DNA of 64,000 bases from a virus. Its lineage: Duplodnaviria; Caudoviricetes. A program made the translations under genes and the position numbers. Positions within the stretch are counted from its first letter, which is position 1, and each line of letters opens with the position of its first letter. The notes under the pieces are model-generated. The model did not search any database. It saw nothing but the letters and a program-made list of their open reading frames with translations, and was not told the origin of the DNA. Below are positions 44,670 through 54,268 of the stretch, one piece after another. Location: IMG/VR virus record IMGVR_UViG_3300032038_000036, positions 1-64,000 of that record; one strand, written 5' to 3'.

Positions 44670-47600
44670 TTATATTAACTTAAATTTGTATGAAACTTTG
44701 TAAAGTTTTTCGTTTTTGTTTGCTCTAAGTTTAATAGGTTCAATAGTCATATTACTATCATACTTATTAAATAAAAATAAAATAATATTGTTATATTCTA
44801 ATCCTAAATCATTAAAATATTCTAATAATATTTTCTTTTTTTCTTCAGTCATTTTATCTCTATTTTCTTTATATTCAGAAATTTCATCATAAGTATAAAC
44901 CTTATTATCTTCAATAAATATTTCTTCAGGTAAATTGTAAACTACATTATCATTAAAATGTTTATATTCATATTGTGATAATATTGTAGGTTGTTCTATT
45001 TCTGAGTTCTTCATAAAACTTTCTGTTGTTTTTGAATAACTACCATTATAATATTTAATTCCATTATATCTATAAATGTTAATATTATCTTTAGTAAGAA
45101 CATTATATTTCTTTATATAAATATCATTATTTGTGTTATCAATAAATTGTAATTCCCAATTATCTTGAATAACATGTTTCTTAACTAATAATGGTGTTAT
45201 ATAATTAAAATATCTTAAAAGTTTAATTTTCTTTGATTTTGACATTTTAATAATATTATCATATAATATTCCATCATCAGACATTAATTTATATTGTTTC
45301 TTTATATTATCGTCATTAGTTAATGATGACATATATTCAACATTTATTTCTGCTTCATAAGGATATATAATTGTATTTGCATTTTTTGCAAATTCATTAA
45401 ATACATTTAATCTCAAGAATGGTTCTAATAAATAGAATATTTTACTAAAGAAACTATTAAATCTTTCATCAGTTATTTTAATATCATCAATTGCATCAAA
45501 TTTAACATTTAAGTTAAATTCATTAAGAACATTGAATGAATTGTTTGTATTATCAATATCAATATTTATATAATAGAAAGCATATTTCTTTCCATTATAT
45601 TCATATGTATAAATTTTGTATTTATCGTCATATTGTAATTTATCTCCAATAAGTAAATCATATTTCATATCAAGTATAGTACTTAATGAATATAATATAA
45701 TACCTCTGTTATTTATAAGCTTATAATACAATTCATTATAATATGATTTAACGTAATCAATAATGATATCTATTCTTTTTTCATAATTATCTTTATTGAT
45801 GTCTTCAACATATATTTCATTATTTAAACAATAATCATTCCATTTATCTTTGAATATTACAGCATCATTATAATTATATGATTCTATATTTACAATTTCA
45901 TTAATCCAACTTATTGAAAATGTATTATCACGCAAATGTTCAATGAATAATTCCTTATTATTCATTAATATATTAATTGTTAAATTATCTAGATTAAAAT
46001 TACTTATTGATACACTAAAATTTTTATCTATATAGAATAACGATGTTAATTCATTTTTAATATCATTAAAGAATGGTAGTAATTCATTATTATATTTTGT
46101 AATTAATGTATTAATGATATCTAATGTATTATCTAAATGTTCATCATTTAATAATCTGATACCATTTAACATTGGAGCAGACATATTTAATTCATTAATT
46201 ATATTATCAATATGATCTAATGTATTATAAACATTTAATGTATTCAAGTATACATAAATATCATATTGCTTTACAATTGTATCATATATATCTTTTAATT
46301 TGTTATAATATATACCTCCTTCAGATAATCTTGAATCATTAAGACCATTAATTTGTCCTTCTACTAAAATTTCAAAAGTATCTTTATAGTCATTATTAAA
46401 TTGAACAACATTTATATTATCTCTATGATTAATAAAATTATCAAGCAATAATTTTTCTAACGAAATATTTTCAATGTTTTCATCAAATATAAAATAATTG
46501 AAGTTAAAATGACTTGCAAGTAACTCTTTTAATTCAATAAATGTTTCTTCTAAATTATTATGATCATTATATAATTTCTCAATATCATCAATAATAGAAT
46601 AAATGTTTTTATCATTGTTTATTAATAATGATCTAAATGTGTCATCAACATCAATTTCTTTAAAATACTTATTACTTGAAACTATGTATTTATTGTTTAT
46701 ACTTATTTTATTACTATTTATCATTTGTTGAATAAGATTTAAATCATATTCATTAAAATATATATTAGTAAATAATGGAGTTAAATAATCATCAGTTTCT
46801 TTGTATGTGTATTTTTCATTATTTATTAAATCATTATTCGATATAATTGGCCACATACTTAAGTTTTCGAGTGTAGCTTTATCATTAATAAATAAGTATA
46901 AGAAATAATTATGATCTATAAGTTTTCTTAAATTACTATCAAGTAATATCATATCTTTATAAATACATAAATCAAGTTCAATATTCCAAGATATATTTAT
47001 ATCATATCCTGTTAAATTAACATTAAATACAAACTTATTATTAACAGACTTCATATCTGATAATGAATTTGTTAACCAATCTAAAACAACTCCATTATCT
47101 TTTGAATTATGCAAATATATAAAATATTCAAAGAAATCGTTAAGACATGATAAATATTTATTTTCTAATAACTTCTTTTGTTTTTTATCTTCAGCATCAA
47201 CATATTGTTTATATTTACGACGTCCATCATCTCCTAATTCAATGAATTTTTTATAAAGATATTCATATAACGTAATATATCTATCTTTAATATTTATTTT
47301 GTTCTTTTCAATATACCAACAACGTTCTTTGACATAAATAATGTCTAATAAATTATTATTTATGATTATTGAATTATAGTCGGCATCTGAATCCTTAAGT
47401 TTTCTATAAAATTCAATTAAATGATCTTTACTTAATATATTACTGTAGAATTTTTTATAAACAAATGTGGTATTAATTTTATCATTTGGATATTCTTTAT
47501 TATATAATTTAATATATTCTTCAATATTATATGGATCTACATATATATTTTTTTCATTTACCTCATTCTTTATAAAATAATCTTTAATATCAATGCCATT

Positions 47601-50189
47601 ATTGTTTCCTAATACTTCAAATCTGTATGATTGAATATTAGACAAATAGTTTATTAAGAATAATAAATTATGTCCTTTTATTGTATCTGATGGATGAATA
47701 TCTATGGATGCAATATTTGCATTTTTATTATATTTACCTATCATTTCTAATAAAAGAGTTCTAAATTGATTATATGCATAATGAGATTTTAAATCATTGA
47801 ATATGTTTTTACCTAATTGCTGCAATAACCAATCATCTAATCTAAGACGTTTAATTTTTCCATTAATATCTAATATATTATCATCAATATTACTAATTGT
47901 GTGCATTGGTGTATTTTCTGCTAAGTAATTGAAATATGTTCTTAACAATTGATTAAGATCACCAAATTTAGACAAATCTTCATTATAATCTTTAAGAATA
48001 TTTATAAGATCATTTTTATGTATAAATCTATCTTTAATAAACATACACATTTTACCATTAATATCTTCATTATAATAAATGGAATTAAAATATTCACTTA
48101 CTTTATATTTATTTGTTGTAAGTTGTGTTGTGTAATATAAAGTATCATACAACCAATAAAATCTTTCAAAATATTCTTGGGTATCATATGTTTTACCAAT
48201 AAGCATAAATTGCTTTACTTTTTCTTCATCATATATGTTTGCATATACTTCTTCAAAGAAATTAATATTATTGTATGCTTCCAATATTTCAAATCCAGTA
48301 ACTTCTTTTTCAACAATTTTATCTGACAATTCTTTGATAGTAAGATAATACTTAAATTGATTTAAGATATCAGTTGTTTTATAGTACATATTTTCTTCAA
48401 TGTAATTTTCTTCAATTATATATGTACCATGTAAATCTTTAATCATGTTTTGGTCAATTTTAACATTATCACTATTGAAATTATTTAAAGATATATCAAT
48501 AATCTTGTTATAATATTCTACATTATTTTCTTTATTATATAATTTCATATTATATGCTTGATTATAATTGTAGAATTTTTGTCCATTTGATAATGTTTCT
48601 GAACTTAATACAATATCTGCTTTAACTAATGCATCATAAAAATTTTGCTCAGTTAAGTAATTTAAATGAGCTCCACAGAATACACCAAATTTATCAATAT
48701 CACCAAGTTCTTTTAAGTTATATAAAATTCCATTAAAATATGTATATCCGTATCTAACATCAGTCCATTTTGAATTTTTGAAGAAATTATTAACAAATGA
48801 TTTATCATTAAAGTTTGGACAATATTCTTCCATATTATACCATGATGAACAATAGTTAGTCATTAACTTATAATATTTATCAATATTGTTTGTATTAGTA
48901 ACAAGTTTATTACCAACATTTTTAACAACTCTATAATATTTATCAATTGATGCTCCTATAGGTAATTTTAAGTTATTATGATCTATTATAACTTTAGGGA
49001 ATAATCCTTTGAACATTGTTGGGAACTCCCCATATTTTTTATTAGGATATTGATTATATGAATAAGCAAAGTTAACATTTGTTATATAAGGATTATTATC
49101 ATCAGATAACATCATCTTAAATTTACAATACATTGGTGTTATCTTATTTGTATATGCATACTTTGTATATTTAGATTCATTGAGAGCAGGGAATCCAACA
49201 TCCATTATATTGATATTCTTACTATCTGCATCTTTACCAATTACAAAATCATATAACCCAGTATATGCATTATATTTTTTGAACTTTGTATATGATGTTG
49301 TATAATTAATATCAAAGTCATACATTTCATATGCGGTATTTCCTTTTGTATAATAATGACCAAATATTTTGAATTTTGCTCCAGTAAAGAATTTACGTTC
49401 ATAACTATTAAATAAATCATTAATATTAAATGAGAAGCTTAATGGGATAATTTGTCTCATTATCATATGATTTCTTTCAAATCCTTTACATATTGTATAA
49501 TCAAAATTATTAATAGTTTTTTGACTTACATATAAGTCACCAAATAAATTATCTTTATATTGTTCAATACCTCCATTATTAATATCAATACCAAAATATG
49601 TAGCTTGTAAAGAATCCTGCAAACAGAATATAACACGTTCATCTATTTGCTTTAAGTATCTTGTTAAATAGTTCTTAAGATAATTACGTTTATTGTCTTT
49701 ATTAATATATACTTTTATTGTTTTTGTTAAATGATCATTAAATACAATGCTTATACAGAAATATTCTGGAAGATCATTAACATTATCAATATATATTGGT
49801 GCATAGAAATTAAACTGACTACCATTTTGACTATATTGGATTCTTTTACAACCAAATTCGTAGTCTTTATTACGAGAGTCATTATTGTAATTATATATTG
49901 AGTTTAAATCTAAAATTGCATAATTATTTTTATTGTATGTATAATTATGCTTGTAAAAAACATCTGAATAATAGTAATGATATCTTGATACATCATATTC
50001 ATACTTACCATCTAATAAATTCAATTCATAATTTTTATTAGCCATGAAATTCTGCAATGGAACCATGTTAGCAAGTCTAACATATGTTGAATATTCATTA
50101 GTACTTTCTTTGTCAATTTCTCTTAATTTACAAGCAATTGTAAAATTGCCAGATAATGTTGGTAAAGTTCTTAATAAAGGTTTGAACAT
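44670..50189 (-). CDS. very large Asn/Tyr/Ile-rich hypothetical, probably virion protein
   Basis: 1839-aa uninterrupted ORF. Confidence 0.7.
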   Translation of the reverse strand: MFKPLLRTLPTLSGNFTIACKLREIDKESTNEYSTYVRLANMVPLQNFMANKNYELNLLDGKYEYDVSRYHYYYSDVFYKHNYTYNKNNYAILDLNSIYNYNNDSRNKDYEFGCKRIQYSQNGSQFNFYAPIYIDNVNDLPEYFCISIVFNDHLTKTIKVYINKDNKRNYLKNYLTRYLKQIDERVIFCLQDSLQATYFGIDINNGGIEQYKDNLFGDLYVSQKTINNFDYTICKGFERNHMIMRQIIPLSFSFNINDLFNSYERKFFTGAKFKIFGHYYTKGNTAYEMYDFDINYTTSYTKFKKYNAYTGLYDFVIGKDADSKNINIMDVGFPALNESKYTKYAYTNKITPMYCKFKMMLSDDNNPYITNVNFAYSYNQYPNKKYGEFPTMFKGLFPKVIIDHNNLKLPIGASIDKYYRVVKNVGNKLVTNTNNIDKYYKLMTNYCSSWYNMEEYCPNFNDKSFVNNFFKNSKWTDVRYGYTYFNGILYNLKELGDIDKFGVFCGAHLNYLTEQNFYDALVKADIVLSSETLSNGQKFYNYNQAYNMKLYNKENNVEYYNKIIDISLNNFNSDNVKIDQNMIKDLHGTYIIEENYIEENMYYKTTDILNQFKYYLTIKELSDKIVEKEVTGFEILEAYNNINFFEEVYANIYDEEKVKQFMLIGKTYDTQEYFERFYWLYDTLYYTTQLTTNKYKVSEYFNSIYYNEDINGKMCMFIKDRFIHKNDLINILKDYNEDLSKFGDLNQLLRTYFNYLAENTPMHTISNIDDNILDINGKIKRLRLDDWLLQQLGKNIFNDLKSHYAYNQFRTLLLEMIGKYNKNANIASIDIHPSDTIKGHNLLFLINYLSNIQSYRFEVLGNNNGIDIKDYFIKNEVNEKNIYVDPYNIEEYIKLYNKEYPNDKINTTFVYKKFYSNILSKDHLIEFYRKLKDSDADYNSIIINNNLLDIIYVKERCWYIEKNKINIKDRYITLYEYLYKKFIELGDDGRRKYKQYVDAEDKKQKKLLENKYLSCLNDFFEYFIYLHNSKDNGVVLDWLTNSLSDMKSVNNKFVFNVNLTGYDINISWNIELDLCIYKDMILLDSNLRKLIDHNYFLYLFINDKATLENLSMWPIISNNDLINNEKYTYKETDDYLTPLFTNIYFNEYDLNLIQQMINSNKISINNKYIVSSNKYFKEIDVDDTFRSLLINNDKNIYSIIDDIEKLYNDHNNLEETFIELKELLASHFNFNYFIFDENIENISLEKLLLDNFINHRDNINVVQFNNDYKDTFEILVEGQINGLNDSRLSEGGIYYNKLKDIYDTIVKQYDIYVYLNTLNVYNTLDHIDNIINELNMSAPMLNGIRLLNDEHLDNTLDIINTLITKYNNELLPFFNDIKNELTSLFYIDKNFSVSISNFNLDNLTINILMNNKELFIEHLRDNTFSISWINEIVNIESYNYNDAVIFKDKWNDYCLNNEIYVEDINKDNYEKRIDIIIDYVKSYYNELYYKLINNRGIILYSLSTILDMKYDLLIGDKLQYDDKYKIYTYEYNGKKYAFYYINIDIDNTNNSFNVLNEFNLNVKFDAIDDIKITDERFNSFFSKIFYLLEPFLRLNVFNEFAKNANTIIYPYEAEINVEYMSSLTNDDNIKKQYKLMSDDGILYDNIIKMSKSKKIKLLRYFNYITPLLVKKHVIQDNWELQFIDNTNNDIYIKKYNVLTKDNINIYRYNGIKYYNGSYSKTTESFMKNSEIEQPTILSQYEYKHFNDNVVYNLPEEIFIEDNKVYTYDEISEYKENRDKMTEEKKKILLEYFNDLGLEYNNIILFLFNKYDSNMTIEPIKLRANKNEKLYKVSYKFKLI

Positions 50190-50349
50190 ATTTCTAAATC
50201 TTACTATATATTATATATAATTAAAAATAACAGCAAATTTTAGTATCAAATGAAAAAAAATTAAGAAAATCTTGAATTTCTTTTGACATTGTACTAATTT
50301 TGTATTATTATAAATTAAATAAACTAATAATTAAGTAAATTTCGGAAAT

Positions 50350-50463
50350 ATGAAACAACTCAGTCAACATATCGTATCTATGATCGGCTCATCAATTTTT
50401 GGTGAACCTTGTGGATTGAGCTTTGAACCTAATGGGATAGTTTCCGGATATACTGAAATATAA
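50350..50463 (+). CDS. leader peptide 1 of tRNA array (37 aa)
   Basis: MKQLSQHIVSMIGSSIFGEPCGLSFEPNGIVSGYTEI; TTCCGGA (50442-50448) complementary to terminator 5' arm. Confidence 0.75.
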   Translation: MKQLSQHIVSMIGSSIFGEPCGLSFEPNGIVSGYTEI

Positions 50464-50498
50464 ATGTTGAGTACATAAGATAGTATCAATATAAAGCA

Positions 50499-50529
50499 GG
50501 ACTCCGGAACGCAAGTTTCGGAGTTTTTT
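50499..50529 (+). terminator. attenuator terminator 1
   Basis: GGACTCCGGAAC gcaa GTTTCGGAGTTT plus T tract. Confidence 0.85.
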
Positions 50530-50578
50530 AGTTTTATAAACAATGAATAAAAAATTTCTAAAAAAAATTCTTAAAAAG

Positions 50579-50617
50579 TTTGAAATAAATCCGGAAGATA
50601 CTATTTTACAATTGTAA
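50579..50617 (+). promoter_or_regulatory. phage promoter motif ahead of tRNA array 1
   Basis: 39-nt motif copy. Confidence 0.65.
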
Positions 50618-50659
50618 TGAAAAACAAATAATATTTAATAACAAATATTATATAAATTT

Positions 50660-50731
50660 GGCCGGTTCATCTAAGGGTCAGGATGACAGGTTTTCAACCT
50701 GTTCATAGGGGTTCGAATCCCCTACCGGCTA
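50660..50731 (+). tRNA. tRNA-Glu(TTC)
   Basis: cloverleaf; acagg tt TTC aa cctgt. Confidence 0.92.
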
Positions 50732-50735
50732 CGAA

Positions 50736-50810
50736 GCTCTGGAAATATCGGTTCGAATCCGACTAAAGCACCTAATAAGGCATGGTAGACTAACGGTAAG
50801 TCAACAGAGT
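50736..50810 (+). ncRNA. circularly permuted tRNA-like RNA (degenerate acceptor)
   Basis: T arm tcgg ttcgaat ccga precedes D arm gact aacggta agtc; ends pair GCTCTG/CAGAGT. Confidence 0.6.
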
Positions 50811-50838
50811 ATTTTTCTCAATTTCTAAAATTGAATTA

Positions 50839-50869
50839 GTTCTTTGACATATTGGTACAACAAAATAAA
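50839..50869 (+). promoter_or_regulatory. boxA-like antitermination element
   Basis: GTTCTTTGACATATTGG...; 29 nt identical to 61240-61268. Confidence 0.6.
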
Positions 50870-50873
50870 CTAA

Positions 50874-50989
50874 AGATTCTATGGGTGCCCATTTGGTGAA
50901 AGTCAAATCTTAGGTGGGCCGGGGGTTCGAATCCCTCACGTTCCGCTGGGAGCGTTGGCAGAGTGGTTTAATGTAGCCCTAAGGAATCT
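50874..50989 (+). ncRNA. circularly permuted tRNA-Ser-like RNA
   Basis: 3' half GGGGGTTCGAATCCCTC-ACGTTCC, 4-nt linker, 5' half GGAGCGT-TGGCAGAGTGGTTTAATG; fully paired acceptor; CTTAGG/CCTAAG and AGATTC/GAATCT closing helices. Confidence 0.8.
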
Positions 50990-50993
50990 ATTT

Positions 50994-51082
50994 GGAGAGT
51001 AATGCTTGATGGTGATAGCGGGTGCCTGCTAAGCATTGCGTCCGGCTAATCACCGGATCTGGTTCGATTCCAGTGCTCTCCG
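50994..51082 (+). tRNA. tRNA-Ser(GCT), 8/4 fold
   Basis: 8-bp acceptor GGAGAGTA/TGCTCTCC, 4-bp T stem, long V arm, G73. Confidence 0.85.
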
Positions 51083-51085
51083 CAA

Positions 51086-51185
51086 GTATTCAAATATATC
51101 CGCTAAGGAGTCAGAAGTTTAAATCTTTCCCTGGGTTTGAATGGCCTGGGTGGCAGAATGTTGAATGATTGCAATATTTGAATAC
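51086..51185 (+). ncRNA. degenerate permuted tRNA-like RNA on 12-bp stem
   Basis: GTATTCAAATAT/ATATTTGAATAC; V arm, T-like arm, CCTGGGT/GCCTGGG acceptor, TGGCAGAATG D-like arm. Confidence 0.55.
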
Positions 51186-51191
51186 ATATTT

Positions 51192-51277
51192 GGAGAATGA
51201 ACTGCGGCGGCCCGCAGGACTGTCTTGAAAACAGCTCGTTCGGTGAAACGGATTGGGATCGACACCTACTTTCTCCG
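51192..51277 (+). tRNA. tRNA-Ser(TGA), 8/4 fold with 6-bp D stem
   Basis: GGAGAATG/CTTTCTCC; CTGCGG cggc CCGCAG; T loop ATCGACA. Confidence 0.75.
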
Positions 51278-51279
51278 CA

Positions 51280-51446
51280 AATTTACTGGTGAAGAATAGA
51301 GATACTTCATAAGTTTGCAAAACTGGTGGAAGCAAGTTCCTTGTCGGTTCGAGTCCGGCCCATGGTCATTATGTACCGCGGTGGTGAAACTGGTAAACAC
51401 GCTGGTCCTTTTATAATTATTCTTTATTCGACAATTCCGTAAATTT
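51280..51446 (+). ncRNA. Y-RNA-like module A carrying permuted tRNA-Leu-like domain
   Basis: AATTTAC-TGG-TGAA-GAATAGAG-ATACTTC ... CTTTATTC-GACAATT-CC-GTAAATT enclosing T arm, CCATGGT/ACCGCGG acceptor, then D arm. Confidence 0.75.
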
Positions 51447-51452
51447 TTTATT

Positions 51453-51524
51453 GGGTCTATGTCTGAGCGGTGTAGGTGGTGGTCTGCAAAACCATTTAGC
51501 CCGGTTCGACTCCGGGTGGGCCCT
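51453..51524 (+). tRNA. tRNA-Cys(GCA)
   Basis: gtggt ct GCA aa accat; U73. Confidence 0.9.
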
Positions 51525-51526
51525 CA

Positions 51527-51666
51527 AATTATCTGGTGTATATAAGAGTTACTTCGATTACTTTTTTAATTAAGTGGTTTTAATGCAATTTTTTCAGAAT
51601 TGATTCCTCGGTTCGAATCCGAGAGAAAGTTTCATAACAATACTTTTATAGCTGTTCCGATAATTA
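51527..51666 (+). ncRNA. Y-RNA-like module B enclosing whole tRNA-like cloverleaf (TTC anticodon, 51560-51631)
   Basis: GAGTTACTTC motif; AATTATC/GATAATT closing stem. Confidence 0.7.
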
Positions 51667-51670
51667 ATTT

Positions 51671-51747
51671 GGGCTGATAGCGTAGGTGGTAGTTTGGCGC
51701 GCTGGACTGAAAATCCAGAGGCGAAGGTTCGACTCCTTCTCGGCCCA
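51671..51747 (+). tRNA. tRNA-Phe(GAA)
   Basis: ctgga ct GAA aa tccag. Confidence 0.9.
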
Positions 51748-51754
51748 CAATAAT

Positions 51755-51827
51755 GGAGGTCTGGCAGATATGGTATATGCGCCGGACTGAAAATCCGGTT
51801 AACCTGGTTCGAGTCCGGGGGCCTCCA
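51755..51827 (+). tRNA. tRNA-Phe(GAA)
   Basis: ccgga ct GAA aa tccgg. Confidence 0.92.
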
Positions 51828-52113
51828 CAATATAAATTGCAACCCAAAATGATATGGAAAATAAGTTGTAATTTATATTATAAAGACTTAGAGTAAATTG
51901 AGCAAAAGTCCCCCAGACGTGTATCTAAGTTTAAATTGTTTAAGCTCAACCGATGTTGAGTAAACTCTGGAAGTAATTATATTAAACAATATGCGCATAT
52001 TCATAATTATTTTCAGTATCTTGAGAGTTATCTTGTCCTTAAGGCGCCAAGAAGTACCTCGCTTACGTGGAATGTAGAGGAAATATTAAGTACAAGGATT
52101 TGGAAAGATTTAT

Positions 52114-52190
52114 CTGGGTGTATGCCGGTAATTGGTGATCCGTCCTCGCTTGGAACGAGGTTTATGCAGGCTCGAGTCCTGTCACCCAGA
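52114..52190 (+). tRNA. tRNA-Pro(TGG)
   Basis: cctcg ct TGG aa cgagg; atypical D arm. Confidence 0.82.
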
Positions 52191-52599
52191 CTCAATTGTA
52201 ATTTTCAAGATATGCGGACAAACGTTAAAGCAGCTGCAAGTCCAGCTCCAGAAATGGTATAGGACTCGGTAAGACCTATGTGGGTCGGTAGCTACGAACC
52301 CCTTAGTGAGACGAGGAAAGTGAGAAGATTACAATTATCTTATATACGGAGATACGTGGTGAGACGCCTAGTAGGGCCCGCGAGGTTCGATAGTTTAAGA
52401 TAGAATACCGTATAACAAATAAATGTTAGGAGATTGCCCACCGAGATTTAAGGTAGCTCCTTAAACAGCTGAATGGGAAACAGGTAAGCTCTGTTATGAT
52501 ATTGAATATCGGCCGTAAAAATATCAACAACTTGAAGAGAAATAGTTAACATTTATTTTTGAAAAATATAATGATAATTTCTATTTATTATTATATAAT

Positions 52600-52673
52600 C
52601 GGGATGTAGTACAGTTGGTTAGTATTCGTGTTTTGGGAACATGAGGTCGCTGGTTCGAGTCCAGTCATCCCGA
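52600..52673 (+). tRNA. tRNA-Pro(TGG)
   Basis: cgtgt tt TGG ga acatg. Confidence 0.92.
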
Positions 52674-52803
52674 CATCTCAACCTTGGCAAATAATCAATT
52701 ATATGTGTGAGAGAGCCATTAAGACGCGATAACTGAGGTAATCACTGAAACACATGCGAGCAATAGAGATAGTTATCTTGAGGTTGTCAATAATTGATTT
52801 TAT

Positions 52804-52877
52804 AGGGAGGTGGCCTAATTGGTTAAGGTTCGTGATTTGGGATCACGAGAGTGCGGGTTCGAGTCCCGTCCTCCCTA
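52804..52877 (+). tRNA. tRNA-Pro(TGG)
   Basis: cgtga tt TGG ga tcacg. Confidence 0.9.
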
Positions 52878-52880
52878 CAA

Positions 52881-52960
52881 ATTGGCTAGTGAAGTGGAGA
52901 GTTACTTCAATGATAATGATTTAAGACTGACTATTTACTTTCTGCGCTTATTCTGCCAAT
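52881..52960 (+). ncRNA. Y-RNA-like module C (no cargo)
   Basis: ATTGGC-TAG-TGAA-GTGGAGAG-TTACTTC ... ACTTTCTGC-GCTTATT-CT-GCCAAT. Confidence 0.7.
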
Positions 52961-52966
52961 AAATTT

Positions 52967-53038
52967 GGCCCTGTCATCTAACGGTCAGGATCTCAGGTTT
53001 TCAACCTGGTCATCGGAGTTCGAGTCTCCGCGGGGCTA
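52967..53038 (+). tRNA. tRNA-Glu(TTC)
   Basis: tcagg tt TTC aa cctgg. Confidence 0.92.
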
Positions 53039-53043
53039 CAAAT

Positions 53044-53120
53044 AATTCCTTGTTGTAGAGTAGAGTTACTTCAAAGAATGTGGTTTTAATAAGATACTTT
53101 ATTCGCTTATTACAGGAATT
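53044..53120 (+). ncRNA. Y-RNA-like module D (no cargo)
   Basis: AATTCCT-TGT-TGTA-GAGTAGAG-TTACTTC ... ACTTTATTC-GCTTATT-AC-AGGAATT. Confidence 0.7.
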
Positions 53121-53123
53121 TAT

Positions 53124-53197
53124 GGGGATATCATACTAACAGGTTAGGTGGCAACCCTTTCAAGGTTGAGATACGGGTTCGAGCCCCGTTATCCCTA
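53124..53197 (+). tRNA. tRNA-Glu(TTC)
   Basis: caacc ct TTC aa ggttg. Confidence 0.88.
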
Positions 53198-53426
53198 CAA
53201 AGTTCACATCCCAGACAGATGGGTAAAGTTAGCATTAGAGATATGGGTTATCCGGAAATTTTATCACATATCACTTGCTGGAGTTGTCATAATCGAGTGC
53301 GCATCAAGAAAGAACTCCCATAGGCTTAAGCTTAAATACATTGGGCGAGATGGAACAGAACTTTATTTATGCACTTACTAAAACGCGAAAAACGGGTTCT
53401 TGAGGTTATCCATAAACCTCAAATAT

Positions 53427-53499
53427 TGGGCTGTCGTCTAACTGGTAAGGATACCGCCCTGATAAGGCGGCGATCTCGGATCATTCCCGAGTGGCCCAA
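53427..53499 (+). tRNA. tRNA-Ile(GAT), atypical T loop
   Basis: ccgcc ct GAT aa ggcgg; T loop ATCATTC. Confidence 0.75.
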
Positions 53500-53505
53500 C
53501 AACAT

Positions 53506-53579
53506 TGGGATATACAGTATAATGGTTAGTACAGCGGACTCTGACTCCGCAGGTTTCGGTTCGAATCCGGATATCCCAA
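53506..53579 (+). tRNA. tRNA-Gln(CTG)
   Basis: gcgga ct CTG ac tccgc; U1-A72. Confidence 0.9.
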
Positions 53580-53664
53580 CGTACCTTTTGGTTGTAGGTG
53601 ACTTTTCAGCATAGGCACAGCGAGCTTCGCGCCGCCGTTTACTAATAATGGAACCTTCATTTAT

Positions 53665-53738
53665 TGGGCTATGCTGTGTAACGGTTAGCACGTCAGCCTT
53701 TGAAGCTGAAGGTCTGAGTTCGAATCTCGGTAGCCCAA
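53665..53738 (+). tRNA. tRNA-Gln(TTG)
   Basis: tcagc ct TTG aa gctga; U1-A72. Confidence 0.9.
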
Positions 53739-53739
53739 C

Positions 53740-53864
53740 AATAAAGGTATAGGTTCGAATCCTATATGGCAGTATTGAAGTCTATATGACTGATGGTTAA
53801 TAGTTCTAGAATGTTAATCTGAAAATGTAAACTCTGTCATTGGTGTAGGAGGTAGCATATTATT
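53740..53864 (+). ncRNA. circularly permuted tRNA-like RNA with about 60-nt linker
   Basis: AATAA-AGGT-ATAGG ttcgaat CCTAT-ATGGCAG ... CTGTCAT-TG-GTGT aggaggta GCAT-A-TTATT; all four stems pair. Confidence 0.8.
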
Positions 53865-53869
53865 TATAT

Positions 53870-53943
53870 TGAGCTGTATTTCAGTTGGTTAGAATGCCAT
53901 CCTGATAAGATGGAGGTCGTAGGTTCAAGTCCTATCAGCTCAA
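53870..53943 (+). tRNA. tRNA-Ile(GAT)
   Basis: ccatc ct GAT aa gatgg. Confidence 0.9.
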
Positions 53944-53947
53944 CTTT

Positions 53948-54173
53948 GGGAATTAGCAAAATGATTCGTATGAAAGTCATTATCTGTAAATATTTGCGTA
54001 AGGCCGCGATTAGGCCGAAAGTTCTCGAGATCAATAATATTTATAATAATGATAAGTAATGACAGAAAGAGAAATTAGTAAGATTAGCTAACTTACGAAA
54101 TTGAATTTGAAGAAGCGAACATACTGCGCTACCCGTGGGTGGGTAGAGGTCCTGTGAAAGTCAGTGGTTCCCG
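53948..54173 (+). ncRNA. large tRNA-like RNA with expanded D domain
   Basis: GGGAATTA/TGGTTCCC terminal stem, CTACCC/GGGTAG arm, AGGTC, CTG tgaaagt CAG T-like loop. Confidence 0.45.
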
Positions 54174-54268
54174 ACCGTATAATGAAGTTTTGAAAATTTC
54201 ATATTTTCAATAACACCGGTCCCATCCTATGCTACTCGAGGTAGGCATGGAACTAGGCCGGTGACCAT

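Noticed and set aside
1-50189. Alternative genetic code 15 (Lak-like TAG=Gln)
   Set aside because: Genes up to 1839 aa are uninterrupted in code 11, and no CTA-anticodon tRNA was seen
51560-51631. Opal/Sec (TCA) tRNA inside module B
   Set aside because: The 7-nt loop TTTTCAG centres on TTC, not TCA
52194-52336. RNase P RNA (contains GAGGAAAG)
   Set aside because: Lacks GAGGAAAGTCC and the 3' P4 partner, and is too short
52040-53660. HDV-like theta ribozymes after tRNAs (checked near 52045 and 53581)
   Set aside because: Could not build the P1/P1.1/P2/P3 nested pseudoknot by eye; needs a descriptor search
53948-54173. tmRNA
   Set aside because: No G3:U70 Ala acceptor, canonical T loop or tag ORF; kept as unknown ncRNA
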